DNA of 64,000 nucleotides from Chloroflexota bacterium (lineage in GTDB: Bacteria > Chloroflexota > UBA11872 > VXOZ01). Positions within the stretch are counted from its first letter, which is position 1. Each line of letters begins with the position of its first letter. Position numbers and translations under genes: made by a program. Under the pieces are notes generated by a model. It was not told where the DNA came from. It was given only the letters and a program-made list of their open reading frames with translations, and made no database searches. The DNA is taken from positions 2,144,001-2,208,000 of the forward strand of contig OZ219802.1 of the NCBI GenBank assembly GCA_964291655.2. The letters run 5' to 3'. Below, piece after piece: positions 39,264 to 49,439 of this stretch.

Positions 39264-40102
39264 ATGGGGTCTGGCGCCTCCAATGCCGCTAACCACGTCT
39301 ATTGTGAGGAGATCACCAACGCTCTGCTTGAGGTTGGCGTGTGCCCCGGCGACACGGTGATGTTCCATAGCTCAATGAGCAGCATGGGGTGGGTCGTGGG
39401 CGGCGCGGATACGGTGATCGATGGCTTCGTGGAGGCAGTAGGCCCCAGTGGCACGGTCGTGGTGCCCACCCTCTGCCGCATGCCGGAAGGCGAGCGACAC
39501 CTGACGTTCGACCGCTGGAACATTGCCACGTCACCATCGTGCGTCGGCCGTATCACCGAGGTCTTACGTCACCGGCCGGATGCCGTGCGGAGCGACCATG
39601 GGACGCATTCGGTAGCCGCCATCGGCCCGCGGGCGTGGGAACTCACGGCAAATCACGGCGCCGCGGGCGTACGCCTCGGACCGTGGGGCCGCGCGCCTTT
39701 GCGCGTGAGAGTCCCTGGCAGAGATTCTATGACTGGAATGTAGCGTATTGCTTTCTGGGGGTGAATTTTCACTACAACACGATGGTGCACCTGGTGGAGA
39801 CGATGTTGGTAGACCGCGCCCTGCAACGAGCGGCGCCGGAGCAGCATGAGTCTCTGGCGGCACAGATTACGGACTGGCAGAAACCGGGTGTATGGCCGAG
39901 CATCGGGCTTGAGCCGCGCGAGGCGATCGAGAAGATTCTCTATGAAGAGGGTCTCCTCCGCTACGGCACAATTGGCAAGGCTACCATCCGCTGTACCCGT
40001 GCCCGGCCCATGGTCGATCGCTGGCTGGTTCTGGGAGAGGCCGACCCGCCGCAATGGTGTGCGGATTCGTTTGTCGCGTGGCTCGGGCAGATTGACCGGT
40101 AG
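39264..40102 (+). pseudogene. AAC(3)/YokD-family N-acetyltransferase, frameshifted
   Basis: First frame GDTVMFHSSMSSMG.V.GG...RSDHGTHSVAAIG; second frame AFARESPW...LGV...NTMVHLVE. One extra G in GGGG 39685-39688 joins the two frames. Confidence 0.8.
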
Positions 40103-40452
40103 TAAGGAGTCATTCTTGTAAGTAATGACTTATTCGTTGACAGAATGCTTATCAACTAGGTAGAGCTAAACCGTATTGTCAATCCGAGCGCAGCGTCGAA
40201 CAGGATTCGCGGATTCTAGAACCGCGCGTCCTCGAATCCGCCAAACAAGAGAAACTAGCCCTCGCGCGCAGTTCATTTCGATTGCGCACGAGTGGATGCA
40301 GGCTGCAAACCTGCGCTACTCCTCGTCCGTCAGATCACTGGTATACCTCCGCTCACTGTGCGAGAATGGTATGCTCTTGCCTGGTTGGTGAGTTTGGCAG
40401 ACATTTCCCATCTTTCCGCGCAGGTATTTGTCAATTTAGGCATAAGGACGCT

Positions 40453-41823
40453 ATGACGACTCACGGCGGTCGAAGCTCTGGGCTGACTGGGGCTTTGGAA
40501 GAATTGCAGAACGACTTGGGAGACCTAGACCAACTCTTCATCCTCGTGGATGAAGTCGCTCGCAGGTCCTTGCGGCGCTTGGAGGAGGACGGAGAGGATC
40601 TGGCGCGGTTGGCGGCCATCGCTCCAGGTTGGCAAAAGGAGGTGGACGTTTTCAGGACCTTGCGATTGGATGGTTCCGAGAGTTTTCATTCCGATTTCCT
40701 CGCCTGGCTGTTGCGCCCTGGAGACAATCACGGCCTCGACGATTATTTTCTCAGGGAGTTTCTTGTCGAAATCGGTGCCGCTCGCGCAGTTCGCGCCAGT
40801 GCCCGGATGGGCACGACGGTGCGCCGGGAGCACTACCTCGAACTTGACGGGGGAAACGGCCGGTTGGACATCTGCATTCGCAACGAGCAGGCTAAATTCC
40901 TGTGCGCGGTGGAAAACAAAGTATGGGCATCGGAGGGCGAGAATCAACTGGCCTTCTATCGGAAGGCGCTCAAGGCGCTTTACCCAGACTACACGCTGCG
41001 CCTGGTGTTTCTCACACCGAGGGGGGATCGCCCCGAAGACGAAACGGAATGGGACCATTGGACTACGCTTGACTATTCGCGCATTTCGCAGATTCTAGAT
41101 CGAACCATCGACGAGAAGGGCACCGTGCTTCACCAGGACGTTGCCGCCACGCTGCGTCAGTACAGGATCACCTTAAGGAGAAATATCGTGCCTGATGTCA
41201 GCGACGACATTCACGCTCTTGCCCGTAAGATCTACCGGAAGCATAAGTGGGCCATCGATCTAATAATCGAACACCGGGACCAGTACGAGCCCAACTACGT
41301 GACCGAGGGATTCCGCATGGTGCGAGAAGCAGTCCGCAATCGCGACGTATGGAAGGAACGCCAGTGCAATCATCCGTATGCCCGGTTTATCTCTGCCGAA
41401 TGGGACTCGTACGAGGTGCTCAAAATTGACTCTTTTCCTAGCAGCCTATTGTTGTTTGACATTCATGTCACAGACCACGGGGCAAAACTGTCCCTGCAGT
41501 TTGCCAAGAGAGGTCCCGAGGACCTAAAGAGAACTCTATTCAATCGTGTCTCGGCAGCCCCCGGGATTCTCAAAGGCCCTTTGCCGGAATACGCCGAAGG
41601 CAACTACAACGGGCTGCCCCTTGGAGTGAGCATACTGAGGAGTTCGGACTACGAGTACTGGTGGGACGAGGAGAGGATTCGCCAGACTATTAAGAATAGA
41701 CTGGAGGGTTTCGCCCAAGGACAGTTCCCGGAGATCAACAGCATCGTCATTGATTGCTTGGAGGAGTACCGGAGCGGAATGGCTCAGCCAGAGGTTGGAG
41801 AAGAAGCGGACCCCTCTGCTTGA
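40453..41823 (+). CDS. PD-(D/E)XK nuclease-family protein (PDDEXK_4-like)
   Basis: E.FHSDFLAWLL.P..NHGL, RE, GRLDI, ENKV.A.E..NQL..Y, VFLTP.G; ATG 40453 after AAGGA. Confidence 0.85.
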   Translation: MTTHGGRSSGLTGALEELQNDLGDLDQLFILVDEVARRSLRRLEEDGEDLARLAAIAPGWQKEVDVFRTLRLDGSESFHSDFLAWLLRPGDNHGLDDYFLREFLVEIGAARAVRASARMGTTVRREHYLELDGGNGRLDICIRNEQAKFLCAVENKVWASEGENQLAFYRKALKALYPDYTLRLVFLTPRGDRPEDETEWDHWTTLDYSRISQILDRTIDEKGTVLHQDVAATLRQYRITLRRNIVPDVSDDIHALARKIYRKHKWAIDLIIEHRDQYEPNYVTEGFRMVREAVRNRDVWKERQCNHPYARFISAEWDSYEVLKIDSFPSSLLLFDIHVTDHGAKLSLQFAKRGPEDLKRTLFNRVSAAPGILKGPLPEYAEGNYNGLPLGVSILRSSDYEYWWDEERIRQTIKNRLEGFAQGQFPEINSIVIDCLEEYRSGMAQPEVGEEADPSA

Positions 41824-42072
41824 AGTCAAACAAACGACGCGCACTGCCGACTCAGCAGTGGTCGCAGCCACATGGTTCTCACCAAGCTGGACACTTCGCC
41901 CGTGAATTGCTACAGTTACTTGCCGATCTTTACAAATTTCGACCTGAAGGTTTCCTCAGTTGCGCGATGACATCGACAAAGAGGCGGGAGGTAAAGCCTC
42001 CCGCCTCTTTCTTTATCATCTTCAGAACGACCGCTCATTCTCCTGCGTTGGGAACGAACAGTCTCGCCACCG

Positions 42073-43443
42073 CTACTCAGGAATGATGATCGCGTTCAGT
42101 AGATCGGTAGCAGCGCGGCCGTATTCCTCGGCGGTCATGTTGCCCGTGTTGAACTCTTCGTAGACTGGGCCGATGGCTGCGCGCCATTCGCCCCACGTGG
42201 TGTAGCGCAGCAAGCCCCAACCGGCCGGGCCGCTGTACGCCGACTGGTTGGCGTGGGCAACCGAATCGTAGCCCGTCTCTGCCTTCAGCCGCTCCGCGGG
42301 CACCGTGGAAACTGCCGCCACCGGGCTGATGGTGTGGTTTACGGCCAGCGTGTAGCCCACGCTGTTTTCGCCCGACATCATCCACTTCATCACGTTCCAG
42401 GCGTGGTCGACTTTTTCACCGACGCCCATCAGGATGGCCGGATACCAGGCGCGGCCGGACTTGTTCGGCGCTTCGCCCGTGTAGGGCAGAGCCGCGCCGA
42501 TCACCTCGAACTCGACCGCTGGCTTGTAGCCATTGGTGATATGGAAACCGACCTTGCCGGTCTGCCAGATATGCTGCTCGCCGCTGAGTTCGGCGGACTG
42601 GTCCGCGTTGGGCACAACATTATGCTTCTCGCGCAGGTCGTACCAGTACTGCAGCGCGTCGATGAAGACGGGGGTATCCATGTTCCCGCGCTTCTCTTCC
42701 TCGTTCCAGCAGAACTCGCCGAAATAGGTGCCGGTGGCGATGCCGGAAACGTTGAACGCGGAGACGCCGCCCGTGTGGCCGAATTGCTCGTCGCCTTGGG
42801 TCATTGCCTGGGCGTAGTCGAGAAACTTATCCATCGTCCAGGAAGCATCCGCCGGGTCGACGGAGGGGGCATCAAGACCGGCGGTGTCGAGCAACTGCTT
42901 ATTCATGAGCAAGGCATCGCAATTGCCGGACGCCGGCATACCCCACAGCACCCCTTTGTCGAGCCACTGCGTCAACGTGGCAGGCAGGAAGATCTCCGTG
43001 GCTACCAGCCCATCGCGCTTGAAGAACTCATCCAACTGCGAGAGCACTTCGGCTTCCGCCAGGTCGAGATACGAGCCCCAACTGCAACGCAAGAAGTCGA
43101 TGGGCACTCCAGCCGCCGCAGCCACCCTGAGCTTAGTCTCGGCCTCAGCTACGCTGGGCAGATTCTGCAGGTCGATTGTGACGTTGGGGGTCTCGGCCTC
43201 ATAGGTGTCAAAATACGCGCGCACCTTCTCCGTGGTTGAGGCTGAGTCGCGCGAGAGGTAGATGAGCTGCACCGGCTCCATTTCGGGAGCCATCTCGGCC
43301 TTGGCCTCTTCTGCTTTTTCAGCCGGCATCTCTTCCGCCGGCATGGCGCCGGTCTGGGCACCGCAGGCGGCCAGGAACGCCGCGCCGCCTACCACCGTGG
43401 CCGAGCCTAGAAAAGCTCGCCGTGAATAACGCTTAGCCAACAT
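42073..43443 (-). CDS. ABC transporter extracellular solute-binding lipoprotein (Tat signal)
   Basis: SRRAFL, LAAC lipobox, AAGVPID, WTMDKFL, AWNVMKW. Confidence 0.88.
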   Translation of the reverse strand: MLAKRYSRRAFLGSATVVGGAAFLAACGAQTGAMPAEEMPAEKAEEAKAEMAPEMEPVQLIYLSRDSASTTEKVRAYFDTYEAETPNVTIDLQNLPSVAEAETKLRVAAAAGVPIDFLRCSWGSYLDLAEAEVLSQLDEFFKRDGLVATEIFLPATLTQWLDKGVLWGMPASGNCDALLMNKQLLDTAGLDAPSVDPADASWTMDKFLDYAQAMTQGDEQFGHTGGVSAFNVSGIATGTYFGEFCWNEEEKRGNMDTPVFIDALQYWYDLREKHNVVPNADQSAELSGEQHIWQTGKVGFHITNGYKPAVEFEVIGAALPYTGEAPNKSGRAWYPAILMGVGEKVDHAWNVMKWMMSGENSVGYTLAVNHTISPVAAVSTVPAERLKAETGYDSVAHANQSAYSGPAGWGLLRYTTWGEWRAAIGPVYEEFNTGNMTAEEYGRAATDLLNAIIIPE

Positions 43444-43676
43444 GAGAATCCGCTCCTCTCATAGATGTTGATCTTGAGTATGCGCCAACGAACCAGCCCG
43501 CGTGTCTTAAGTGCGCACACTCCACATACCTACACGGGATGTTGCCATTTAGGATGCAGTGAAATGCGGCGGGAGTCAAGTGAGCTAGGTGCGGGTTGCA
43601 GCCGCTTCCAGACACGGATGAACTCTAGGCAGCCGCTGCGACTGCTACAGGCCGGCAGGTTCGTTGAGGGAGCGTG

Positions 43677-44825
43677 CTAGCGCTGACCTAGCGGCACCCA
43701 GCGACGGTCGGTGGGACCCGTGTAGACCGAGGAAGGACGTATGAGGCGGTTGTGCGAAAGTTGCTCCAGGCAATGCGCGGACCACCCGCCTACGCGACCC
43801 ACCGCGAATGTAGGCGTGAAGAGCTCGGCGGACATGCCGACACCGTGCAGCACGAGCGCCGTGTAATACTCCAGATTTGTCTGCAGGTTGCGGCCCGGTT
43901 TGTACTCTTCAAGGAGGCGCAGGGCAGTTTCCTCAACCGCACGGGCCAGGTCGTAGAGCGTGCGGTCGCCGGCCTGTTCGTAAAGCCGTTCCGCCGCTTG
44001 CGAGAGTACGTCGGCCCGGGGATCGCGCACCTTGTAGACGCGGTGGCCGAAGCCCATCAAACGCTCGCCGCGTTCCAGGCGTTCGCGGATGTTCGCATCG
44101 GCGCGGTCCGCCGTGCCGATTTCAAAGACCATGTCGAGCGCCGGCCCGGGGGCGCCGCCGTGGGCAGGCCCTTTGAGAGCGCCGATGGAACCCGTAATGG
44201 CGGAGTAGAGGTCTGATTCCGTAGAGACGATGACGCGGCCCGTAAACGTAGAGGCGTTCATGCCGTGGTCCATGGCCGTAACGAGGTAGGTATCCACGGC
44301 GCGCACGAAATCGGCGTGCGGCTCGTCGCCCGTTAGCATGTACAGGTAATTGGCGGCGTGACCGAAATCATCCCGCGGCGCGACGACATCCTTGCCTTCT
44401 CTCACACGGACGTAATTGGCCACGATAACGGGAAACGCCGCGCAGATCTTTTCCGCACGGCGAAGCTGACCTTCCGGGCTCGTATCATCGGGGTTTGTAT
44501 CGCCAAGGGAAAGGGTGGCACAGGCCATACGCAGCGCGTCGATCACCGGAGCCTTCCTGGCAGCGGCGGCTTCGAGCACGTGCTGGGTAGTGGGCGGCAG
44601 GTGCTGACCGCCTTGGAACCGGGACTTTAGGGCCGCGAGTTCCTGAGTATCCGGAAGTCGGTTATGCCACAAGAGAAACGCGGCCTCTTCAAAGGTCGCG
44701 TTGGGAGCGAGCTCCATGAGCGGATGCCCGCCGATGAAAAGTTCACCGACGAGACCGTCAACATAGCTCAACCGGGTCTCTGCCGCAGCAACACCTTCCA
44801 GGCCGGGAATTACTTTTGTAGCCAT
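43677..44825 (-). CDS. Citrate/2-methylcitrate synthase
   Basis: GLEGV, DHGMNASTF, GALKGPAHGGA, MGFGHRVYKVRDPRA, RLIRP. Confidence 0.95.
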   Translation of the reverse strand: MATKVIPGLEGVAAAETRLSYVDGLVGELFIGGHPLMELAPNATFEEAAFLLWHNRLPDTQELAALKSRFQGGQHLPPTTQHVLEAAAARKAPVIDALRMACATLSLGDTNPDDTSPEGQLRRAEKICAAFPVIVANYVRVREGKDVVAPRDDFGHAANYLYMLTGDEPHADFVRAVDTYLVTAMDHGMNASTFTGRVIVSTESDLYSAITGSIGALKGPAHGGAPGPALDMVFEIGTADRADANIRERLERGERLMGFGHRVYKVRDPRADVLSQAAERLYEQAGDRTLYDLARAVEETALRLLEEYKPGRNLQTNLEYYTALVLHGVGMSAELFTPTFAVGRVGGWSAHCLEQLSHNRLIRPSSVYTGPTDRRWVPLGQR

Positions 44826-45054
44826 GACGAGGCCGCTCTCCCTTCACTTTGATGGGTGACGTTACCGCCACCCGCAATTGCGCTCCAATTCCGGCAACCG
44901 GAAGCACTATCGCCAGCGAGTCTATGCACGCCCGCGCTCCGGCTGGAATGGAGGCCCCCCATTACTGGTCTTCGTAACCTTGCGGATAAGACGCGGACAT
45001 CCGGCTCGACGGACATCCTTCCTTAGTATAGCAAGGTGAGGGCGAAACTTCCGC

Positions 45055-47643
45055 CTACTGCGAACTCTCTGAATCGGGTTCGCTCTCTTGCGCAGTTTCG
45101 GTATTCTTGATCGCGAATGTTACCGTCTGCGATCGTATCTTGCCTGCAGAGTCCTGCGCAGTCAGACGTACCATATAGACACCGTCGGGGTTCTGGATTG
45201 TGTCCCACCCCGCCAGCACTTCATTGGCTTTCGGCTCCGTAGAGTACGTAATCCGCACCCACAGGTCCGGGTTTTCCTTTCCGGCATAGGATACTTCGTA
45301 AGACTGAAAGCCGGGGAAGAACGCATTGCCGCGAATCCGCAAGAGACTGCGCACAACGTCACCCTCACGCGGATAGAGGATGATCACGGGATCGTCTGGC
45401 GGTATAGAGTATTCCTCCGTAGGGGCAGTAGCCACTGCCTCCGCTCTTGCCCATGCGTTTGCCTCTTCCGGTACCACCATGAAGACTCTGACTTCCGTCT
45501 GTGATGCCGGTACATTGGGGCCGGCGCGCAAGCCGGATTCCTTGTGTATGCGGAAGGGAATGAAGATGTTGTCCACGAGGCGCGGCGTATTCTCATCGAG
45601 GAAGATCTCATCGTGGGTCTGGCCGCAGTAGGGCGTAGGGAGCAGACCGGTCTGGGTGCAAACTTCCACTTCCACCATGCCTCGGGGTTTGGTGAAGTCC
45701 ACCACACGTGTATCCGTAAGCGCGGCTTCCATGAATGCGTTCCAAATCGGCGTTGCTCCGCGCATCCCAGTGAGATTCCACGTTGGTGAACCGTCGGAGT
45801 TCCCCACCCATACACCGGTAACGAGCTGAGGGGTGTATCCAATCGTCCAGCCGTCGCGGTTGTCATCGGTGGTCCCCGTCTTAGCCGCGGCGGGACGGGA
45901 GAGCTCGAGCGGCGTATACGGCCCAAACTCGGCTGCACGGGTCTTGCTGTCGGAGAGGATACTGGTGATCTGGTAGGCAATGCGGGGATCGAATACTTCC
46001 TGCACCTCCGGCAACTCATAACGCTCCAACACATTGCCCTGGGTATCTTCCACGCGGAGAATCGCAGAAACCGGAATATAGCTGCCGCCGCGCGCCAGTA
46101 CCGAGTAGGCGTTTGTCAACTCCAGCAGCTTTACTTCACCCCCGCCGAGCACAATGCTGGGGCCGAAGCGGCTGCGGTTGTCGAAGGTGGTCATTCCCAA
46201 GCTTTGCATGGTATCGATGGCCGTTTCCAGACCGAGAAAGAGACCCATGCGCACTGCGGCAACATTGAAGGAGTTGGCAAGGGCGTGCCGCACAGTGACG
46301 GGGCCTTTGAACGTGCCGCTGAAGTTGCGGGGCGCATAGTTGGGTTCGTTGGGAATCTCCAGCGAAAGCGGAACGTCCCAGATCGTCGTGGCCGGCGTCC
46401 AGCCCTTCTCGAATGCGGCCGCGTAGAAGAGCGGCTTGAGGGCGGAGCCAGGCTGACGCGGCGCCAACGCGACGTTCACCTGACCGTCGATGTCTTCATC
46501 ATGAAAGTCCAGGCTACCGACCATGGTGAGTATCTCACCGCTCTTCGGTCTGATTGACACGACGGCGGCATTTGAGACGTTGAACCCTTCCAGTGACGCG
46601 ATGTGTTCTCGCGCGACTTCCTCGGCGATTTTTTGCAGATTGAGATCAAGCGTTGTGTATACGTGCAGCCCCCCCTGGCGCACGCGCTCAGCCCCGTAGT
46701 GTTCCGCCAGTTGATCGCGGACGAATTGCACAAAGTGCGGCGCCAGTACCGCGCCTTCCGCTGCTTCGCTCTCTGCGTCTTCTCCATCTTCGGCCGCTAC
46801 CGGGGCTTGCTGCAGTCGTTTGTACGCCAGTGGCTGCGCCAGCGCTTCCTCCATCTCAGCTTGTGTAATGTAACGGGCCACCACCATCTGTGCGAGCACA
46901 TATTGCTGCCGGGCTTTTGCTCGATCCGAATTGACGTAAGGGTTGTCGCTCGAGGGCGACTGGGTTAGCCCGGCAAGCACCGCTGCTTCGGCAAGCGAGA
47001 GGTCCATTGCCTTCTTGCCAAAGAACACGTTGGCCGCCGCCTCGATGCCATAGGCCTGGCTGCCGTAGTACACCTTGTTAAGGTAGAAGGTGAGGATGGA
47101 CTCTCTGCTGAATTGCTCGGTCAGGCGAGCGGCGAGATTGATCTCTCTCAGTTTGCGTTCATAGGTCTGCTCAGGCGTAAGACAGATATTCTTGACGAGT
47201 TGCTGCGTAATCGTGCTGGCGCCGGAAACGACTTCGCCGGCTTGCTGATTCTGGACGAAGGCACGGGTAATGGCCCGCATGTCGTAGCCGGGGTGCGAAT
47301 AGAAGAAGCGGTCTTCGGAAGCCACCGTCGCTTGCTTGACGACGAGCGGAATCTCATCGTTGGTAAGGACGATGCGCAGGCCTTCGTCGGGATCGGTTAT
47401 GGTTGCGAGCAAGACGCCATGACGGTCGTAGATGAAGGTAGCTGCCGGTAGTGCCTGAGTCCGGATGTTGTCGAGACACGCGGCATAGTCGGCGTCAGTT
47501 ACGAGGTCGTTTCCGGGAGCAATCTGCGCTCCGCAAGCGGTCAGAAGGACGCCTGCACATAGGACGAGAACCAATTGCGCTCTACGCCGCAGGCCTTGAC
47601 ATACGCAGCGTATTGAAGCGCCTTGTCGGATTATCCCCAGCAT
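45055..47643 (-). CDS. Class A penicillin-binding protein (PBP1A family)
   Basis: Transglycosylase EDRFF.H.G, GASTITQQLVKN, RKLRE; transpeptidase GSALKP, SFN, KTGT; C-terminal Ig-like domain. Confidence 0.95.
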   Translation of the reverse strand: MLGIIRQGASIRCVCQGLRRRAQLVLVLCAGVLLTACGAQIAPGNDLVTDADYAACLDNIRTQALPAATFIYDRHGVLLATITDPDEGLRIVLTNDEIPLVVKQATVASEDRFFYSHPGYDMRAITRAFVQNQQAGEVVSGASTITQQLVKNICLTPEQTYERKLREINLAARLTEQFSRESILTFYLNKVYYGSQAYGIEAAANVFFGKKAMDLSLAEAAVLAGLTQSPSSDNPYVNSDRAKARQQYVLAQMVVARYITQAEMEEALAQPLAYKRLQQAPVAAEDGEDAESEAAEGAVLAPHFVQFVRDQLAEHYGAERVRQGGLHVYTTLDLNLQKIAEEVAREHIASLEGFNVSNAAVVSIRPKSGEILTMVGSLDFHDEDIDGQVNVALAPRQPGSALKPLFYAAAFEKGWTPATTIWDVPLSLEIPNEPNYAPRNFSGTFKGPVTVRHALANSFNVAAVRMGLFLGLETAIDTMQSLGMTTFDNRSRFGPSIVLGGGEVKLLELTNAYSVLARGGSYIPVSAILRVEDTQGNVLERYELPEVQEVFDPRIAYQITSILSDSKTRAAEFGPYTPLELSRPAAAKTGTTDDNRDGWTIGYTPQLVTGVWVGNSDGSPTWNLTGMRGATPIWNAFMEAALTDTRVVDFTKPRGMVEVEVCTQTGLLPTPYCGQTHDEIFLDENTPRLVDNIFIPFRIHKESGLRAGPNVPASQTEVRVFMVVPEEANAWARAEAVATAPTEEYSIPPDDPVIILYPREGDVVRSLLRIRGNAFFPGFQSYEVSYAGKENPDLWVRITYSTEPKANEVLAGWDTIQNPDGVYMVRLTAQDSAGKIRSQTVTFAIKNTETAQESEPDSESSQ

Positions 47644-48009
47644 GTAACCGCATTCACCTAGAGGGAGGAGCGCGGCAGATCAATCCCTCCGCCGCGGCAC
47701 TACCCTCATTTGAGCTTCATTGTGTCAATCATACATTAGACACGTCGGAATGACTCAGCTTGCCGGCAGAGTACACAATTCTTTCCCCGAAAGTCCGGTG
47801 GAGCGCTAGCCAAATGTCCTGCACGTGTCGACCGCATGTGCGTGAACCACCCTATTGGATTGAGCTAAGAAGAGACGGAGCGGGTTGGATTTTGACTTGG
47901 GCCGTTTGAAGAAACGCGAGGCATCTCGCACACTTACACCTAAAGCGCTCCCAACTCTGTCATTCTGAGGAGCACAGCGACGAAGAATCTAGATTGCCGG
48001 GTTTTTTGG

Positions 48010-48101
48010 ATTCCTCGCTGCGCTCGGAATGACAAGGCCTTGTAGCGCTCTCTACGGGAAAGGGAATTCTGTCAACGAATTACTCAACACTTACAGGAAT
48101 G
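48010..48101. repeat. REP plus one end of the TGTAAGTGTTGAGTA MITE family
   Basis: Matches 10180-10290 and the TIRs at 52322 and 57323. Confidence 0.7.
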
Positions 48102-48247
48102 ACATGAAATGCAGTCCGTAAAGCTATCAAATCCATATCTACTAATTCAGATACCGAAAAGGGGGTGCAATATGTGTAAGAGAGTAGTATGGTGAAAATG
48201 AGCAGAGGCGATTCGGATAGCTACTGCCGGTAGAAGCGAATGGTGCG

Positions 48248-49180
48248 ATGGGACTGGGAAAAGTGGTCAAGCGCAAAGGCAGTGACAGCACGCGTCGGGA
48301 GGTACTGCGTCAATTCTTTGGAGCCGCCGCCGTGCCGTTGGTGGGGCTTCCCGCAGCGTCGTTTGCTTCTGAATTGAGCGATAGCGGCCCTGATTTGGGC
48401 TTGAACCGGGGGCAGCAGGTGGTGCCCGTTGAAAACCCTGTGGCTGCTCCAGCAGCCGAGCCGGTATACTGGCAGCCCCCTTACCGAAACGAACCGGCCA
48501 TACCGGAAAATTCAGTCGTCTTGCCGATCCTCATGTACCACCGGGCGACGGTGTCGCGTGTCTTTGAGGCACAACTGGTCGGCATGCTCGCTGCCGGGTA
48601 CCGGCCGCTCTCTCTTCACAGCGCGCTGAAGGGACTCATGGGCGAGGCAGAGCTTCCCGATATGCCGATCGTGCTCACGTTCGACGATGGCTGGAGAATC
48701 CAGTACGACGTGGTGTTTCCCGTGCTCAAACAGTACAAGGTTCCGGCAACCTTTTTCGTGATGCCGGGATTTCATGAGCGCCAAGATGGGTATATGGACT
48801 GGGATCAGCTCAACGACATTGCGGACTTTGGCATGGAAGTGGAATCGCACACCCTCAATCACGCTGACTTGCCCCGTCTTGCGGTGAAAGACTGGGGCGC
48901 GGTGCTGGCAGAAGTCGTGATCTCAAAGCAGCTCTTGGAGGAGCGGCTCGAACGGACCACGCGCTATTTCGACTATCCGCTTGGCTACCAAAACGAGCAG
49001 ATCCGGCAGGTTGTGGAGGCTGCCGGTTACGAGGCAGCCGTCATAATCGGACCCGGTGTGCATCAATCCGCCGAAGCGCTGTACACGCTGCGCCGCATCC
49101 GCGTAGAGGCCTGGGACCCGTGGTGGAGCGTAGCGCGCAAGCTCAACTGGTATGGCGCGGGAACGAGCAGCTCACCTTAG
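48248..49180 (+). CDS. Secreted polysaccharide deacetylase (NodB/PgaB-like)
   Basis: TRREVL Tat-like motif, PILMYH, LTFDDG, ATFFV, ESHTLNH, YPLG. Confidence 0.92.
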   Translation: MGLGKVVKRKGSDSTRREVLRQFFGAAAVPLVGLPAASFASELSDSGPDLGLNRGQQVVPVENPVAAPAAEPVYWQPPYRNEPAIPENSVVLPILMYHRATVSRVFEAQLVGMLAAGYRPLSLHSALKGLMGEAELPDMPIVLTFDDGWRIQYDVVFPVLKQYKVPATFFVMPGFHERQDGYMDWDQLNDIADFGMEVESHTLNHADLPRLAVKDWGAVLAEVVISKQLLEERLERTTRYFDYPLGYQNEQIRQVVEAAGYEAAVIIGPGVHQSAEALYTLRRIRVEAWDPWWSVARKLNWYGAGTSSSP

Positions 49181-49439
49181 GAGACTGTTCGTCTATGCAG
49201 CCCGAGTTGCAGAGGTTTTTCCTTCTATTGAGGGAAGACTTTTGCGCAGCCCGCACGGACAGGCGTGAGGACCTCCCTCTCCCAACTGAGACCTGTGCGT
49301 AACCCCGGGCCGGAGGCAAAAGATCTGCACTATCTCCCTGGGAGACCCCCGTATCATGTCGATGCAGCGTATCGAGTACGGGTCAGGTTTGGCGTAAATT
49401 CGGCCGGAGGCACAAAATTTACACCCTCTCCCTGGGGGA

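Noticed and set aside
47785-47810. RNase P RNA (gaaagtccgg)
   Set aside because: The other conserved regions (AGUGCCACAGAAA, ACAGAA...GGCUUA) are missing.
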